Part shown: positions 47,989 through 58,088 of the stretch, in pieces
Layout: the number at the start of each line of letters is the position of its first letter
How positions within the stretch are numbered: position 1 is the stretch's first letter
NCBI GenBank assembly: GCA_042565725.1
Contig: JBHORK010000001.1
Span: 4,995-68,994 of the forward strand
Reading direction: 5' to 3'
Source of the DNA: Verrucomicrobiota bacterium
Lineage (GTDB): Bacteria; Verrucomicrobiota; Kiritimatiellia; UBA8416; JBHORK01
Length of the DNA stretch: 64,000 nucleotides
Translations under genes and position numbers: made by a program
Notes under the pieces: generated by a model
The model's database searches: none
What the model was told of the DNA's origin: nothing
Seen by the model: only the letters and a program-made list of their open reading frames with translations

Positions 47989-49350
47989 CTATATTCCTTC
48001 TTCTTCAATATCCGCAAGGCCTTTCCTTATAATATCCTGTAACTCCATTTTTGAAGGACATATAAACTCGCAAAGCGCAAAATCTTCAGGATCGGTTTCC
48101 AGGATACCAAGGCTTATAGCCTCGTCTGTATCCTTGGCCAGTACAGCGCGAACAAGAAAATCAACCATAATGTTAAGCGGCATTATTTTGTCGTAATGAC
48201 CTGTCAATACCATGGCTCTTACACTGCCGTTCATATTGCTGTTAAGAGTCCAACTTTTCTTGCCGCCAAGCCAGGATGACGCAACGGTGCGGGTGAAACT
48301 CAATAAATTAAAGCCGGGCATTGTCCAGCCTAGAAAACGCCTCTCGCGTCCTTCAGGAATAACAGTAATGGATGACTGATGGAGTCGAAGTCCGCCATTC
48401 TGTTCAATTTTTGTACCTGATAAGATGTCTCCGTTTATCACGCGCTGTTCGCCTTCTTGAATATGCCTCGAGAAAAGAGGTTCAAGTTCTCCACCTATAT
48501 TCATACGGTAATGTTTTCGGCCTTCTTCTTTTATTCCCGGTCCGCCAATCGATATGATTCGTGATGCAGGAAGAACTCCATCAAGAAAGAGCCTGCCGAT
48601 AAGTAGCAGATCAACAGCTTTAACTGTCCAGACGATATCCGTAGGCTTTATTGGATCAATGCGGCTGATATGGACGCTGGTATTACCGGACGGATGAGGC
48701 CCGGAAAATGTATGGACCTGGACATTTTCAACTGACTTAATTGTGTTTCTTGAATTCGTAGAAACGCATAAATGAACGGCACCGTCAGTTAATTGTGTAA
48801 GCAGATTCAGTCCAGCCTGAAACCCTTCGGTATCATCTTCAACCACAACATCGGCGTTTGCCTGAAACGGTGCAGTATTCATGCCGTTGACAAAAATAGA
48901 CTTAGGTTTGGCTTTTATATCCGCTATTTGGGAGAATGGTCGTTGTTTGATCAAGGAAAGATAGCCCGTTCTCAGAAGCTGATCGATAATGTCTTCCCGC
49001 GTGACGCTGTTGGTTTCATTAAGTTGATAGTTCTTGAATTGAACAGGTGCTTTTTCTGTATCGACTTCGATTATTATTTCTTCAACAAAGCGACGTGCTC
49101 CTCGAATGATTGATTTAATATTTCCGCCGGCTGGAGCGCATATTTTGAATCTTTCATTGCGTTTATCCTCAAGTAATTCTGCCCCGCGTGCGATCACATC
49201 ACCTTCCTTAACCTTCAGCCGCTGCTTGACACCTGTAAATTCGAGTGGGTAAAGAGTCGAAATCCCGGAATTGGGCCAATCAACAACATCTAGAGACGGT
49301 TTGCCGGCCAGCTTTATGTCAAAACCCTTTTTTATTTTAAAATTACTCAT
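47989..49350 (-). CDS. nqrA: Na+-NQR subunit A
   Basis: 453 aa, soluble; N-terminus MSNFKIKKGFDIKLAGKPS like NqrA (MITIKKGLDLPIAG...); lacks the 4Fe-4S CxxCxxC motifs expected of RnfC. Confidence 0.85.
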   Translation of the reverse strand: MSNFKIKKGFDIKLAGKPSLDVVDWPNSGISTLYPLEFTGVKQRLKVKEGDVIARGAELLEDKRNERFKICAPAGGNIKSIIRGARRFVEEIIIEVDTEKAPVQFKNYQLNETNSVTREDIIDQLLRTGYLSLIKQRPFSQIADIKAKPKSIFVNGMNTAPFQANADVVVEDDTEGFQAGLNLLTQLTDGAVHLCVSTNSRNTIKSVENVQVHTFSGPHPSGNTSVHISRIDPIKPTDIVWTVKAVDLLLIGRLFLDGVLPASRIISIGGPGIKEEGRKHYRMNIGGELEPLFSRHIQEGEQRVINGDILSGTKIEQNGGLRLHQSSITVIPEGRERRFLGWTMPGFNLLSFTRTVASSWLGGKKSWTLNSNMNGSVRAMVLTGHYDKIMPLNIMVDFLVRAVLAKDTDEAISLGILETDPEDFALCEFICPSKMELQDIIRKGLADIEEEGI

Positions 49351-49521
49351 ATCTTTAAAATACTATTTTCAGCTAAACTTTTTGCGGAAAGCCTCTCAAT
49401 ATTACTGTTTTGCTAAGGCTGGTCGAGCATTTTTTTCACGCCTTATAATAACGGACAAATGTCTGTATTCCGTTCAGGCACCTTTTGGGATTTCTTGCAC
49501 AGGCCTTACCCTGGATGTTGT

Positions 49522-49550
49522 TTGACTCGTAAATTAACGGGTGTTATTAT
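49522..49550 (+). promoter_or_regulatory. Sigma-70-like promoter TTGACT-17-TATTAT for ccsBA
   Basis: ttgact cgtaaattaacgggtgt tattat; -10 ends 8 nt before ATG 49559, implying a leaderless or near-leaderless mRNA if 49559 is the start. Confidence 0.45.
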
Positions 49551-49558
49551 TTGAAAAC

Positions 49559-50635
49559 ATGAAAAACAACAACAAGAATTCTCCTTCGTGCGATGGTCAA
49601 AACGACCAAACAAACGCACTAAGCCGGATTCTGAAGGGATTGGGATCCATGCAGTTTGCGCTGTTTGTGGTAGTTCTTATAACCATTTCATGCATCGCGG
49701 GGACACTTCATCCGCAGGGGGCTCGTTTGTATTCTTCTCCGTTGTTTGTCGGCTTGCTTTGTGTGTTTTCCCTTACTCTCATGAATTGCATTATCAGGCG
49801 ATTTATTACAGCTATACGCTTGAAAAGAGGGATGAGTGCAAGAACCATAGGTTCCCTTTTGACGCATATCAGTATTATTTTAATTTTAGCAGGTGCCGTT
49901 ATCCGTATCGTTTGGGGTGAGCGAGGGTATATTGAATTCAGGGAAGGTGAATCTGCCACGTTTTTTCATAATGATGCGGGCCGGATAGACTTGCCGTTCA
50001 GGGTTACACTTGTAGATTTCGAGCTAGAAACGTTCAGCGTCCAGGAAATTGTTGTTCATTGGAAAGGACAGGATCGCACCTTGTCTTTTCCTGTGAAACT
50101 TGGTGCTGAACAAGTGCTTAAGTCGGGAGATGGATCAGATGATTCATACAGTATTAAGATTTTACGCTATGTTCCTGATTTTATTATTGATATAGAGACA
50201 AAAGCCGTAAAAAGCCGTTCACAAGAGCCCTTGAACCCTGCGATTGAAGTGGAAATTACCGGCGGCGCTCATTCAGGAATTACTCGCTGGTTGTTTGCGA
50301 AATATCCTGAATCCACCATGCATGGTCGTGAAGGACTTCCTTTTGATATGCGTTATCTGGGCCCCATTCCGAATCAGCCGCAACAGGGCATTAAAGATTT
50401 TAAGAGTACACTCCAGATATTTGAGGGAGAGACTGTCGTGAAGGAGAAGACAATAGAGGTGAATTCGCCTCTATCCTGGAAGGGATATACTTTGTATCAG
50501 GCTAATTTTCGTCCGAGTGATCTGTCTTGGACGGCTCTTCAAGTTGTGTATGATCCTGGTGTTCCTGTCGTCTATTCCGGGTTTATATTCATGATAGTGG
50601 GGTTGATTATGGTTTTCTATGTTAGTCGCCCTTGA
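49559..50635 (+). CDS. ccsB: Cytochrome c biogenesis protein CcsB/ResB (System II), short form
   Basis: N-terminal TM ...MQFALFVVVLITISCIAG; large periplasmic middle; C-terminal TM; start at ATG 49559 (ORF-track GTG at 49541) or possibly Met 49649. Confidence 0.7.
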   Translation: MKNNNKNSPSCDGQNDQTNALSRILKGLGSMQFALFVVVLITISCIAGTLHPQGARLYSSPLFVGLLCVFSLTLMNCIIRRFITAIRLKRGMSARTIGSLLTHISIILILAGAVIRIVWGERGYIEFREGESATFFHNDAGRIDLPFRVTLVDFELETFSVQEIVVHWKGQDRTLSFPVKLGAEQVLKSGDGSDDSYSIKILRYVPDFIIDIETKAVKSRSQEPLNPAIEVEITGGAHSGITRWLFAKYPESTMHGREGLPFDMRYLGPIPNQPQQGIKDFKSTLQIFEGETVVKEKTIEVNSPLSWKGYTLYQANFRPSDLSWTALQVVYDPGVPVVYSGFIFMIVGLIMVFYVSRP

Positions 50636-50664
50636 AATTTTTAGATTGAAGGAGAATTCTATAA

Positions 50665-51459
50665 ATGACAATGCTGTTTAATATCTGCCTGGGCGTTTGT
50701 TTCGGATCACTTTTGGTTTCGGCTATAGCGCTTTGTTCGAGCAGGCGCATGTTTGAACGGTTGGCTATGGCGCTCTTGGTCGTTGGGGTTCTTGCGCAAA
50801 CGGCCTATATGATTTTACGCTGGATTCATGCAGGGCGTGCACCTTTCAGTAATATGTTTGAGTCCTTGGTTCTTTTCTCCTGGAGCATCGGGATTGTTTA
50901 CCTCGCGTTTAGCATTCGCACTCGACTTAAGGTACTTGCGGCGGCCGTATCCTTGTTTATGGTTTTAGCCCTGGCCTTTGCCAGTACATTTGGCTCTGAT
51001 ATAAAACCTCTGATGCCGGCCTTGCAGAGTAATTGGCTTACCTTTCATGTGAGCAGTTGTTTTCTGGGCTATGCCGGGTTTGCTATCTCTTTTATTGCGG
51101 CTATAGGATACCTGGTGGCGATCTGTCCCGGCAGGAAAGTAAAGCCAGAAACTATTGATGCTTTGGAACTGATTACAGATAAAACAATTTCTTTTGGGTT
51201 TTTGTTTCTTACCATTGGCATTATAACAGGATCTGTCTGGGCTAATTCTGCATGGGGCTCATATTGGTCGTGGGATCCGAAGGAGACATGGTCTTTGATA
51301 ACGTGGTTTGTTTATGCAGTTTTTCTGCATTGCCGTTTTATAAGAGGATGGCACGGAAAGAAAACTGCGTGCATTTCCATTGCTGGATTTCTTTCTGTGC
51401 TGTTTACTTACTTCGGGGTTAATTTTCTGATTGCAAGCATGCATAGCTATGCGCAATGA
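50665..51459 (+). CDS. ccsA: Cytochrome c biogenesis heme exporter/synthetase CcsA (System II)
   Basis: Trp-rich WWD motif WANSAWGSYWSWDPKETWSLITW; conserved His residues in flanking TM helices. Confidence 0.85.
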   Translation: MTMLFNICLGVCFGSLLVSAIALCSSRRMFERLAMALLVVGVLAQTAYMILRWIHAGRAPFSNMFESLVLFSWSIGIVYLAFSIRTRLKVLAAAVSLFMVLALAFASTFGSDIKPLMPALQSNWLTFHVSSCFLGYAGFAISFIAAIGYLVAICPGRKVKPETIDALELITDKTISFGFLFLTIGIITGSVWANSAWGSYWSWDPKETWSLITWFVYAVFLHCRFIRGWHGKKTACISIAGFLSVLFTYFGVNFLIASMHSYAQ

Positions 51460-51610
51460 CACGGTCTTGAATTGCGTCTGTCATTATCTTAAGCATAAGT
51501 GTTTTTGCTGTCTGTATAACAAAGAGTTGTTTAGCAGATCTCATCTCAAACTCTTAGAAATGGGATTAAAAAAGACGGGATTGGAAATAAGAAGAAAGAA
51601 GGATAATGAT

Positions 51611-52900
51611 ATGAAACAAATGATAACAGTAGTGCTTTTGAGCGTTCTGTTGTGTGCGACAGTTTACGCAGAGGATGCGCAATCTATCGCCGACGTGTTT
51701 ACTATGGGGAAACACAAAGCAGACGTAGGTCTTAATTTCCGCTCTACGTGGGAAGACAGGGACGATGGTAAGGATGATGAAGGTCATCTGGGTTGGCTGT
51801 ACGCCGAGTTTGGTTTTGAGACGGCCCCTCTTTCGGGCGTAAAGGTCGGAGCCAGCTGCCTGAGTGTAGCCGAGACATGGGGTTCGGATATATATGATAA
51901 TGAATTTGGCGAGGATAGTGACACCTTTAAGGGTCATTGGTTTACCGATGGGGATGTGAAGCATTTGATTGAGTTGAAAAACCTGTATTTGAACTACTCT
52001 ATACCGAATACCAAGAGCGAATTGTTGATCGGTCGCAAAAAATTCAAGAAGGTTGCGCTGATGGACGGCGATGTTCAAGAAGGTGTTCAGTTGAAAGTGG
52101 GCGACATCCCTCAAACGAAGCTGTATGTGGGCATGATCACAGGATGGGAAGATGACATATCTCAGTCGTGGGACCTGGACGGAGTTGAAGACTTCACGCG
52201 GGATGCGGATGATACTGTGGATAGTGCCACCAATTCTGCTGGCGATGCCATCTATACGTGTATAGCTGATGTTGATGTTGTCGAGAAGCGTCTGAAAGTG
52301 ACACCTTTCGTGGTGCATCATCCAGACTTTCTCACGACTTATGGCGCTTTGGCAAAAGCGAGTATGCCCGTGAATGACGACGTCACGCTGGGCATTGATG
52401 GCGGTTGGGCGGAGTTCTCCGAACAGACCGACGTTACCACTGATGAAGATGCGCAGACATGGAAGATCCATGCCTCAGCAAAGGTTGATAAGTGCTATGT
52501 CGGTGTTGGCTATTTTCGAGTCAGCGATGACCCGGATGCTTTGACGCAGAGCGCAGGTGCGAAGAAGACCGTTGGAAACTATCACTGGGAGCCTATTAAA
52601 GTTGGGAAAGTAGGCTTGTACGCCGGTGGAAAAGGTGGCGATCCTGATGATAGTACAATCTGGGTGGATGCCGGCTTTGATGTTGGTAAATTCAGCCTCG
52701 ACGTGATCTTCGGTTCTTCAAGCTTTTACAACGTCAAAAAGAAGGTTGATCAGGACTCGATAGAAATTGATGCGATTGCGAGCTACAAGTTCACAAGTTC
52801 TTTTTCCGGCTCACTGGGATGGCTTCATCAGGAATTCGACGACAATGATGCCGAAAAAGATCGGGATTTTATCATGGGAGGAGCGAAATACTCTCTCTAA
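51611..52900 (+). CDS. Outer-membrane beta-barrel protein, porin-like (acidic)
   Basis: Start MKQMITVVLLSVLLCATVYA at 51611 (signal peptide); D/E-rich; alternating beta-strand pattern. Confidence 0.55.
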   Translation: MKQMITVVLLSVLLCATVYAEDAQSIADVFTMGKHKADVGLNFRSTWEDRDDGKDDEGHLGWLYAEFGFETAPLSGVKVGASCLSVAETWGSDIYDNEFGEDSDTFKGHWFTDGDVKHLIELKNLYLNYSIPNTKSELLIGRKKFKKVALMDGDVQEGVQLKVGDIPQTKLYVGMITGWEDDISQSWDLDGVEDFTRDADDTVDSATNSAGDAIYTCIADVDVVEKRLKVTPFVVHHPDFLTTYGALAKASMPVNDDVTLGIDGGWAEFSEQTDVTTDEDAQTWKIHASAKVDKCYVGVGYFRVSDDPDALTQSAGAKKTVGNYHWEPIKVGKVGLYAGGKGGDPDDSTIWVDAGFDVGKFSLDVIFGSSSFYNVKKKVDQDSIEIDAIASYKFTSSFSGSLGWLHQEFDDNDAEKDRDFIMGGAKYSL

Positions 52901-53073
52901 GTTTGTAAGGTAAATTCCGAAAGCGATATGAAGAAATCTGCGGACCCGCCTGCAACGATGTAAGCGGCCAGGAACTTGACATTTCTTATGAAGACTATAG
53001 TCTTTCGGCCAAGCATCAGGATTGTTTGACGGTCTTTTAAAGATATAACTTTTGCAGGAGGGGACGGTAAAAA

Positions 53074-54315
53074 ATGTATATTCGAACCTTTATTAAAACT
53101 ATTTATTTCTGCGCTTTTTTCGGGATGATAACAATATGTTGTGGGGAAACAGGCGAAAAAACTCTTTCGAAGAAACTGCTCGAACTGGAAAGCAAAATAC
53201 AGCAGCAGCAAAAACAAATAGAAGAGTTACAGAAGGCAGAATCTGCAAAAGTACCGGTGTCGTTTTTATCACTTAGCCCATATGTCGAAGGTCTGAAAAT
53301 CAAGGGAGATCTTAGTTTCCGTGCTGATCAACGAATTCAAAGAGGGACACTGAAAAATGATGAGCGTCAGCGTTTGCGTCAGCGCCTGCGACTGGGGCTT
53401 GTTTGGGGGGATCAGGCTGGAAACTGGACGGTTTCTGCCGGTCTTGCCACAGGCGGCATCAAGCCTGACAGCACGTATGATACTTTTGGTGAAGACGATA
53501 TTTTCGAGACAGGTGATATCCGCTTGGATTATGCTTATGTCAAGTATGTCTTGGGAAGTCTAACAACCAGTTTTGGCCAGCAGCATAACCCTTTTGTTCG
53601 TACCGATATGGTATGGGATAACAATGTGCGCCCATCTGGATTAACTTTTCAATATAAGTTTTCGGACAAATGGAGTCTTGTCGGCGGAGGATATGACGTA
53701 GCCCATTTTGGTGTTGCCCAGGCGAATGCCATTCTTTCGGCAATTCAGGTTGTGTGTTCAGAAAAGAAAAAAGATTCAGGTTATACCATAGCCGCGACCT
53801 GTTATTATTACAATGACGCCACTGCTCAGAACACCAATGCTTTCTCCAGGAGTAGTGATAAATTAGTCAAATCGGAGGAGTATGCTTATAATTTTGCAGA
53901 TATTTACGGTTCTTTTGATTGTCCTTTAACAGCGGATCTTATCCTTAAAGCTTATGGTGAGATGTCGTATAATTTTGGTGCCGAAGGAGATCCAGGCGAG
54001 GGTCTTTTGGGCGGTACTCTAGATCCGTCCGAGAACCGCTTTGCTTATGTAGTAGGAACGCGCCTTTCCCGTGGAAAGATATCATTAGGATACGAATGGT
54101 CTGAGATCGAATCCGATTCTGTCTTTGCTCCAATAAAGAATCCAATTTTTGGCACAGCGAGCGGCGTAACGGATGTCCGAGGACATTCAATGGCGCTAGG
54201 GTATAAATTCACCAAGAATATGTCATTCAAAGGAAAAATAAACTTTGTTGAGAGATGGAAAGATGCCGACGATGAATTGGTTCTTTATCAGTTGAACTTG
54301 GGCTGGAAATTTTAA
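53074..54315 (+). CDS. Outer-membrane beta-barrel porin-like protein with N-terminal coiled-coil
   Basis: Signal peptide; coiled-coil LELESKIQQQQKQIEELQKAE; C-terminal ...LNLGWKF with terminal Phe. Confidence 0.55.
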   Translation: MYIRTFIKTIYFCAFFGMITICCGETGEKTLSKKLLELESKIQQQQKQIEELQKAESAKVPVSFLSLSPYVEGLKIKGDLSFRADQRIQRGTLKNDERQRLRQRLRLGLVWGDQAGNWTVSAGLATGGIKPDSTYDTFGEDDIFETGDIRLDYAYVKYVLGSLTTSFGQQHNPFVRTDMVWDNNVRPSGLTFQYKFSDKWSLVGGGYDVAHFGVAQANAILSAIQVVCSEKKKDSGYTIAATCYYYNDATAQNTNAFSRSSDKLVKSEEYAYNFADIYGSFDCPLTADLILKAYGEMSYNFGAEGDPGEGLLGGTLDPSENRFAYVVGTRLSRGKISLGYEWSEIESDSVFAPIKNPIFGTASGVTDVRGHSMALGYKFTKNMSFKGKINFVERWKDADDELVLYQLNLGWKF

Positions 54316-54341
54316 CAAAGCCTATTTAAGGAGAAAGACAA

Positions 54342-55409
54342 ATGAAAAAAGTAGTTATAAGTATTGTTTCAATTGCCGCAATTCTATTCGTTTCAGGTTG
54401 TTCAAAAGCACCAAATGAGCCGGCAACCCTTAAATCAATAAAAACAACTCAGAAGATCCTTGTGGATGCTGTTGCAGGCAAAGCCTGGGCTGCGGCTCCG
54501 GCCATGCAGGTTAAGTTGAGCAAACTCCCATACAAACCAAGCAATGGTTATACCGGTATTAAGGGAACGGTCGTTATACTGAAATCTCTTTATGATGATA
54601 ATAACGTTTATTTCTTAATGCAGTATGATGACCCGACAAAGAGTTTTGCTCGTTTTCCCTGGGTAAAGCAGAAGGATGGCAGCTGGAAGCAAAGCATGGC
54701 AAAAGACAGTACCGGTCACGACAATACGTATTACGAAGATAAAATGGCGTTCCTGTGGAATATTAACAGTACAGGCTTTGAGAAGAAAGGCTGTGCAGCA
54801 TCATGCCACATGTCTGTAGATGGTTTGGTTGATGGTATTGAGGATAGTTCCGCAGGTCGTAAGTTTACCCTGCCTGGTGAGACTATTGATATATGGCATT
54901 GGAAAAGTGTTCGGACAGGTCCGGTCAATCAGATTGATGATCAATTCATGAATTCAGATCGCGCTGAGCAAAGCAAGACATGGGGCCGACATGGCGACAC
55001 CAAAACCGGCGGCGGTTATGTAAACAATATAAATGAAGCAGGTAATGCGCCTGCCTTTATGAATCCTCAGATGACTGAGGAAAATAAATATTTTGTGTTG
55101 AAAGACAGCAAAGTTCCATTTGTTGATACGTTTAAAGCGGGTCAGATTATTCCCGGCATCATTGTCTCCGCTTTCGAAGGGCCCAGGGCTGATATTTCCG
55201 CAAAAGGCAAATGGGCTGATGGTAAGTGGACAATTGAATGGAAGCGTGCACGCGTCACAACAGGTGAAAATTCCAGAACTCAAGACGTGCAATTCGATGA
55301 CCTGGCAAAGGTTTATTTCTTTGGTGTGGCCGTCTTCGACAATAGTCAGATTAATCATCTTTACCACGAGAAACCATTACGCATGGTTTTTAAGAAGGCC
55401 GCTCAATAG
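54342..55409 (+). CDS. Periplasmic lipoprotein with a heme-c-like CX3CH motif, EB_dh/DOMON-like fold candidate
   Basis: Lipobox FVSGCS; single C-A-A-S-C-H motif (KKGCAASCHM); overall beta-rich; family assignment tentative. Confidence 0.35.
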   Translation: MKKVVISIVSIAAILFVSGCSKAPNEPATLKSIKTTQKILVDAVAGKAWAAAPAMQVKLSKLPYKPSNGYTGIKGTVVILKSLYDDNNVYFLMQYDDPTKSFARFPWVKQKDGSWKQSMAKDSTGHDNTYYEDKMAFLWNINSTGFEKKGCAASCHMSVDGLVDGIEDSSAGRKFTLPGETIDIWHWKSVRTGPVNQIDDQFMNSDRAEQSKTWGRHGDTKTGGGYVNNINEAGNAPAFMNPQMTEENKYFVLKDSKVPFVDTFKAGQIIPGIIVSAFEGPRADISAKGKWADGKWTIEWKRARVTTGENSRTQDVQFDDLAKVYFFGVAVFDNSQINHLYHEKPLRMVFKKAAQ

Positions 55410-55524
55410 CGATCTTTATTGTAAAGGCTGAGACTCGCAGTTGGAATATTACTCTTGTGCCATGCTGACTATATAAGGCAGGATGTAAGGGTGATAAAGT
55501 CTTTACGCAAAGGTATATGAGTAA

Positions 55525-56424
55525 ATGAGTAAGATAGCACGCGCGTTCCTTTCATCGAGAATCCATCTGATTATCCTTTTTATATCCTATGTCGCCATCA
55601 ATCTTCTTTTGGTCATTCAGGCATTTGCTCACTCTGATAATGATACGGTAAATGTCTATCTGAAGATTGGCCGTGCATGCGGCTCCTGCATAAAATTTCA
55701 CGCTGTCCTGATTTTATTGCCTGTGTTGCGCAGTACTCTGAGCTGGCTGCGCAGACGGTTCAGAAAGCAAGGTGTTTTTGTTAAAAATCCATTAGGGCTT
55801 CATAGATTTATAGGGATAGCCATGTATGTGCTTGTCGTTTTACATATCTGTGGATACCTCGCTTATTACGCAACGCTCTCTTACCCCTTCCATAGTCTTG
55901 TGCTAGGATCTCAGCCTGATTTGGTGTGCTCTATGAAGACTAGTATGTACGAACATGTAACGGATGATCGCTCAATTCAAGCAGTAGAGGATTGGATAAC
56001 CCGCGGCACATCTCAGGAGGAATACGGAACAACCATTCGGCAAATTCTTTCAAGAGACTGCACCTCTTGCCATAATCGATCATCAACAATGACGGATGCT
56101 TGCACTTACTTGCCACTGACGACCTATGCTGATGCCTTGTCGCTTGCCGGTAAGGGATATGGGTTCAAAACAATGTCTCGTAAGGCATGGGTGCATCTTA
56201 CAGGATTATTGCTTTTTCTGATTTTTACAGTGCTAGTGTTTTTTGCATCCGAGTTTGTCCGTCGTAAACACTACAGCATCTTTCGTTTGACACATTTTCT
56301 TTTTGCGCCCTGGATTTTTGTTGCACTTATTCATGCGCCGGGCATAAAGATATGGATTGCTGTGCCTCTACTTCTTTATATCATCGAGAAAGTTTTTTCT
56401 GTGATCAAGCGAAAGAAAGCTTGA
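55525..56424 (+). CDS. Ferric-reductase-like (FRD/MsrQ-type) diheme-b transmembrane protein with a loop carrying a CXXCH motif
   Basis: TM His pairs H-x13-H (HRFIGIAMYVLVVLH) and H-x12-H (HFLFAPWIFVALIH); about 100-aa loop contains DCTSCHN. Confidence 0.5.
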   Translation: MSKIARAFLSSRIHLIILFISYVAINLLLVIQAFAHSDNDTVNVYLKIGRACGSCIKFHAVLILLPVLRSTLSWLRRRFRKQGVFVKNPLGLHRFIGIAMYVLVVLHICGYLAYYATLSYPFHSLVLGSQPDLVCSMKTSMYEHVTDDRSIQAVEDWITRGTSQEEYGTTIRQILSRDCTSCHNRSSTMTDACTYLPLTTYADALSLAGKGYGFKTMSRKAWVHLTGLLLFLIFTVLVFFASEFVRRKHYSIFRLTHFLFAPWIFVALIHAPGIKIWIAVPLLLYIIEKVFSVIKRKKA

Positions 56425-56560
56425 GCGCTTGAGACAATTGCACAAAATGATATTTCATATGGAACGGTTCTGGAGGTATTCATGATTGATCTGCCGCATA
56501 TATACTACATTTCAATCGATCATTGCTCTAGGCCAAAGAAAACAATTAACACAACCGCTG

Positions 56561-57640
56561 TTAAAGAAGGAATTGAATTCCCATTAAAGTCTGGTCGTTG
56601 CTGTCTCCCCATCGGTATTCCACTCCGCCCCTGACATTATTACCTTTTAAAAAATAGTGGAGGCCTGCTGTGTAGTCTTCAGTGGAATCGCATGACTCTG
56701 GATCCTGCAAACTGTATTTTCCTGTAAGCATTACTTTGTCAACTATTAGACCGGCTTCGGCGAAAACCGTACTGCCGTCAAACCCGGCATTATCCCAGTC
56801 ATAATATGCTCCATTAAGCATTAACTCGGCACAGCCCATATCTAGCCCGGCCTGTATGTCTGCAACCCATGCCTTGGAATCATCCACGACTGAGGTTTCC
56901 AGTGTCCCTGCAACAGGATCAGCCTCTGTCACTGTTAAAGTCGCATCATTCTGCGTGTCTCCGCCCAGCCCGATTGAAAGATAATTTCCGCCGGCTGTGA
57001 GGCGATTCTGAGAGTAGAACCATCCTGATTGCACGTCACCGATTAAGTTCATCGCAAGATGACCGGTGTAGCGTAATGGCGCATCAGAATTCTTGTTCCC
57101 ATCCGGAGAATCGTAACCATCGAAAACTCCTACATGATAGGCAAGCTTATCACAGAATTTTCCGTGAAGTTCGGCGCCATAGTCGCGCCATACAAAATGG
57201 TTTGCAAACTTGATTGCTTCCGCATTGTAATCAATACCCATCAAACTGGCAGCGGAAGACTTGTTCTCAAAAGAGAAGGGGAGTAGTATAAGACCTGTCG
57301 CCAACCAATGATCTGATTTGCCCAGACGAATATCTACAAAGGCATCCTGAATATCTGTTGATGATGAGGCTTTTCCGTTTCTTCCTGCATTATCATTATC
57401 GGTTTCGACAAAGAATTTAACACCGTCACAAATCTGACCCGATAGAATAAAGCGCCCTCTGCGCAGGTAGAAATCTTCATCGTCTGCGGTATCGTGCGGC
57501 AGTAATAAATGAACTTGCCCTAAAACAGAAAGCTTCATGGATGCATCGTCATTTATTTTCCATTCCGGCCCTGCCAGAGTCTGAATTGCAGCAAAACCAA
57601 GCACGAAACATATTATTAATATTTTAACTGATTTCATCAT
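56561..57640 (-). CDS. Outer-membrane porin-like beta-barrel protein
   Basis: Signal peptide MMKSVKILIICFVLGFAAIQTLA; acidic, G/D-rich strands. Confidence 0.5.
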   Translation of the reverse strand: MMKSVKILIICFVLGFAAIQTLAGPEWKINDDASMKLSVLGQVHLLLPHDTADDEDFYLRRGRFILSGQICDGVKFFVETDNDNAGRNGKASSSTDIQDAFVDIRLGKSDHWLATGLILLPFSFENKSSAASLMGIDYNAEAIKFANHFVWRDYGAELHGKFCDKLAYHVGVFDGYDSPDGNKNSDAPLRYTGHLAMNLIGDVQSGWFYSQNRLTAGGNYLSIGLGGDTQNDATLTVTEADPVAGTLETSVVDDSKAWVADIQAGLDMGCAELMLNGAYYDWDNAGFDGSTVFAEAGLIVDKVMLTGKYSLQDPESCDSTEDYTAGLHYFLKGNNVRGGVEYRWGDSNDQTLMGIQFLL

Positions 57641-58088
57641 TTTTCCTTTCTTTGCGGAGTATTAGAGTTTTGTAGGCTTTATAACCTCTTCATGTTAAAT
57701 AAGCTTTGCCTACAATTATGTTGGAACTGTCTCTCCTGATATGTGAAAAATTTAACAATAGGGATTCTGGCAATCCTGGGGTTATTTGTCAATAAGCTAA
57801 CGATGAAATATTTGTGGCAAGCATGTTGTTCACCACTTCGTTGAGGATCTCTTGAGTTTTTAATTCTTTGTCAGGCATAGTATTATAGTAATAGGTGGTT
57901 AACCGCATTATTGTGGTTTAGGGCAATGAACGATTGAAATGTCGTATAGATGCGTGACCGAGGACGAGGCTGGGCTCTTCAAAAAGCATAGACATAGTAG
58001 GGCTATGTTGTATCCCACGGCAGATCGTTGCTGCAGTATCGTTCATTCCAATGTATATTATTTCCCACTTATTTTTTCTTACATTGTA

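Noticed and set aside
43297-49350. Possibility that the six-gene operon is Rnf rather than Nqr
   Set aside because: The A subunit lacks the ferredoxin-type CxxCxxCxxxCP motifs of RnfC. The last gene has a 2Fe-2S plus FAD/NAD reductase architecture (NqrF), whereas RnfB has 4Fe-4S clusters. The A-B-C-D-E-F gene order fits Nqr.
49541-49558. GTG start for ccsB as listed in the ORF track
   Set aside because: It would place the start inside the predicted -10 element; ATG 49559 (or Met at 49649) is more plausible.
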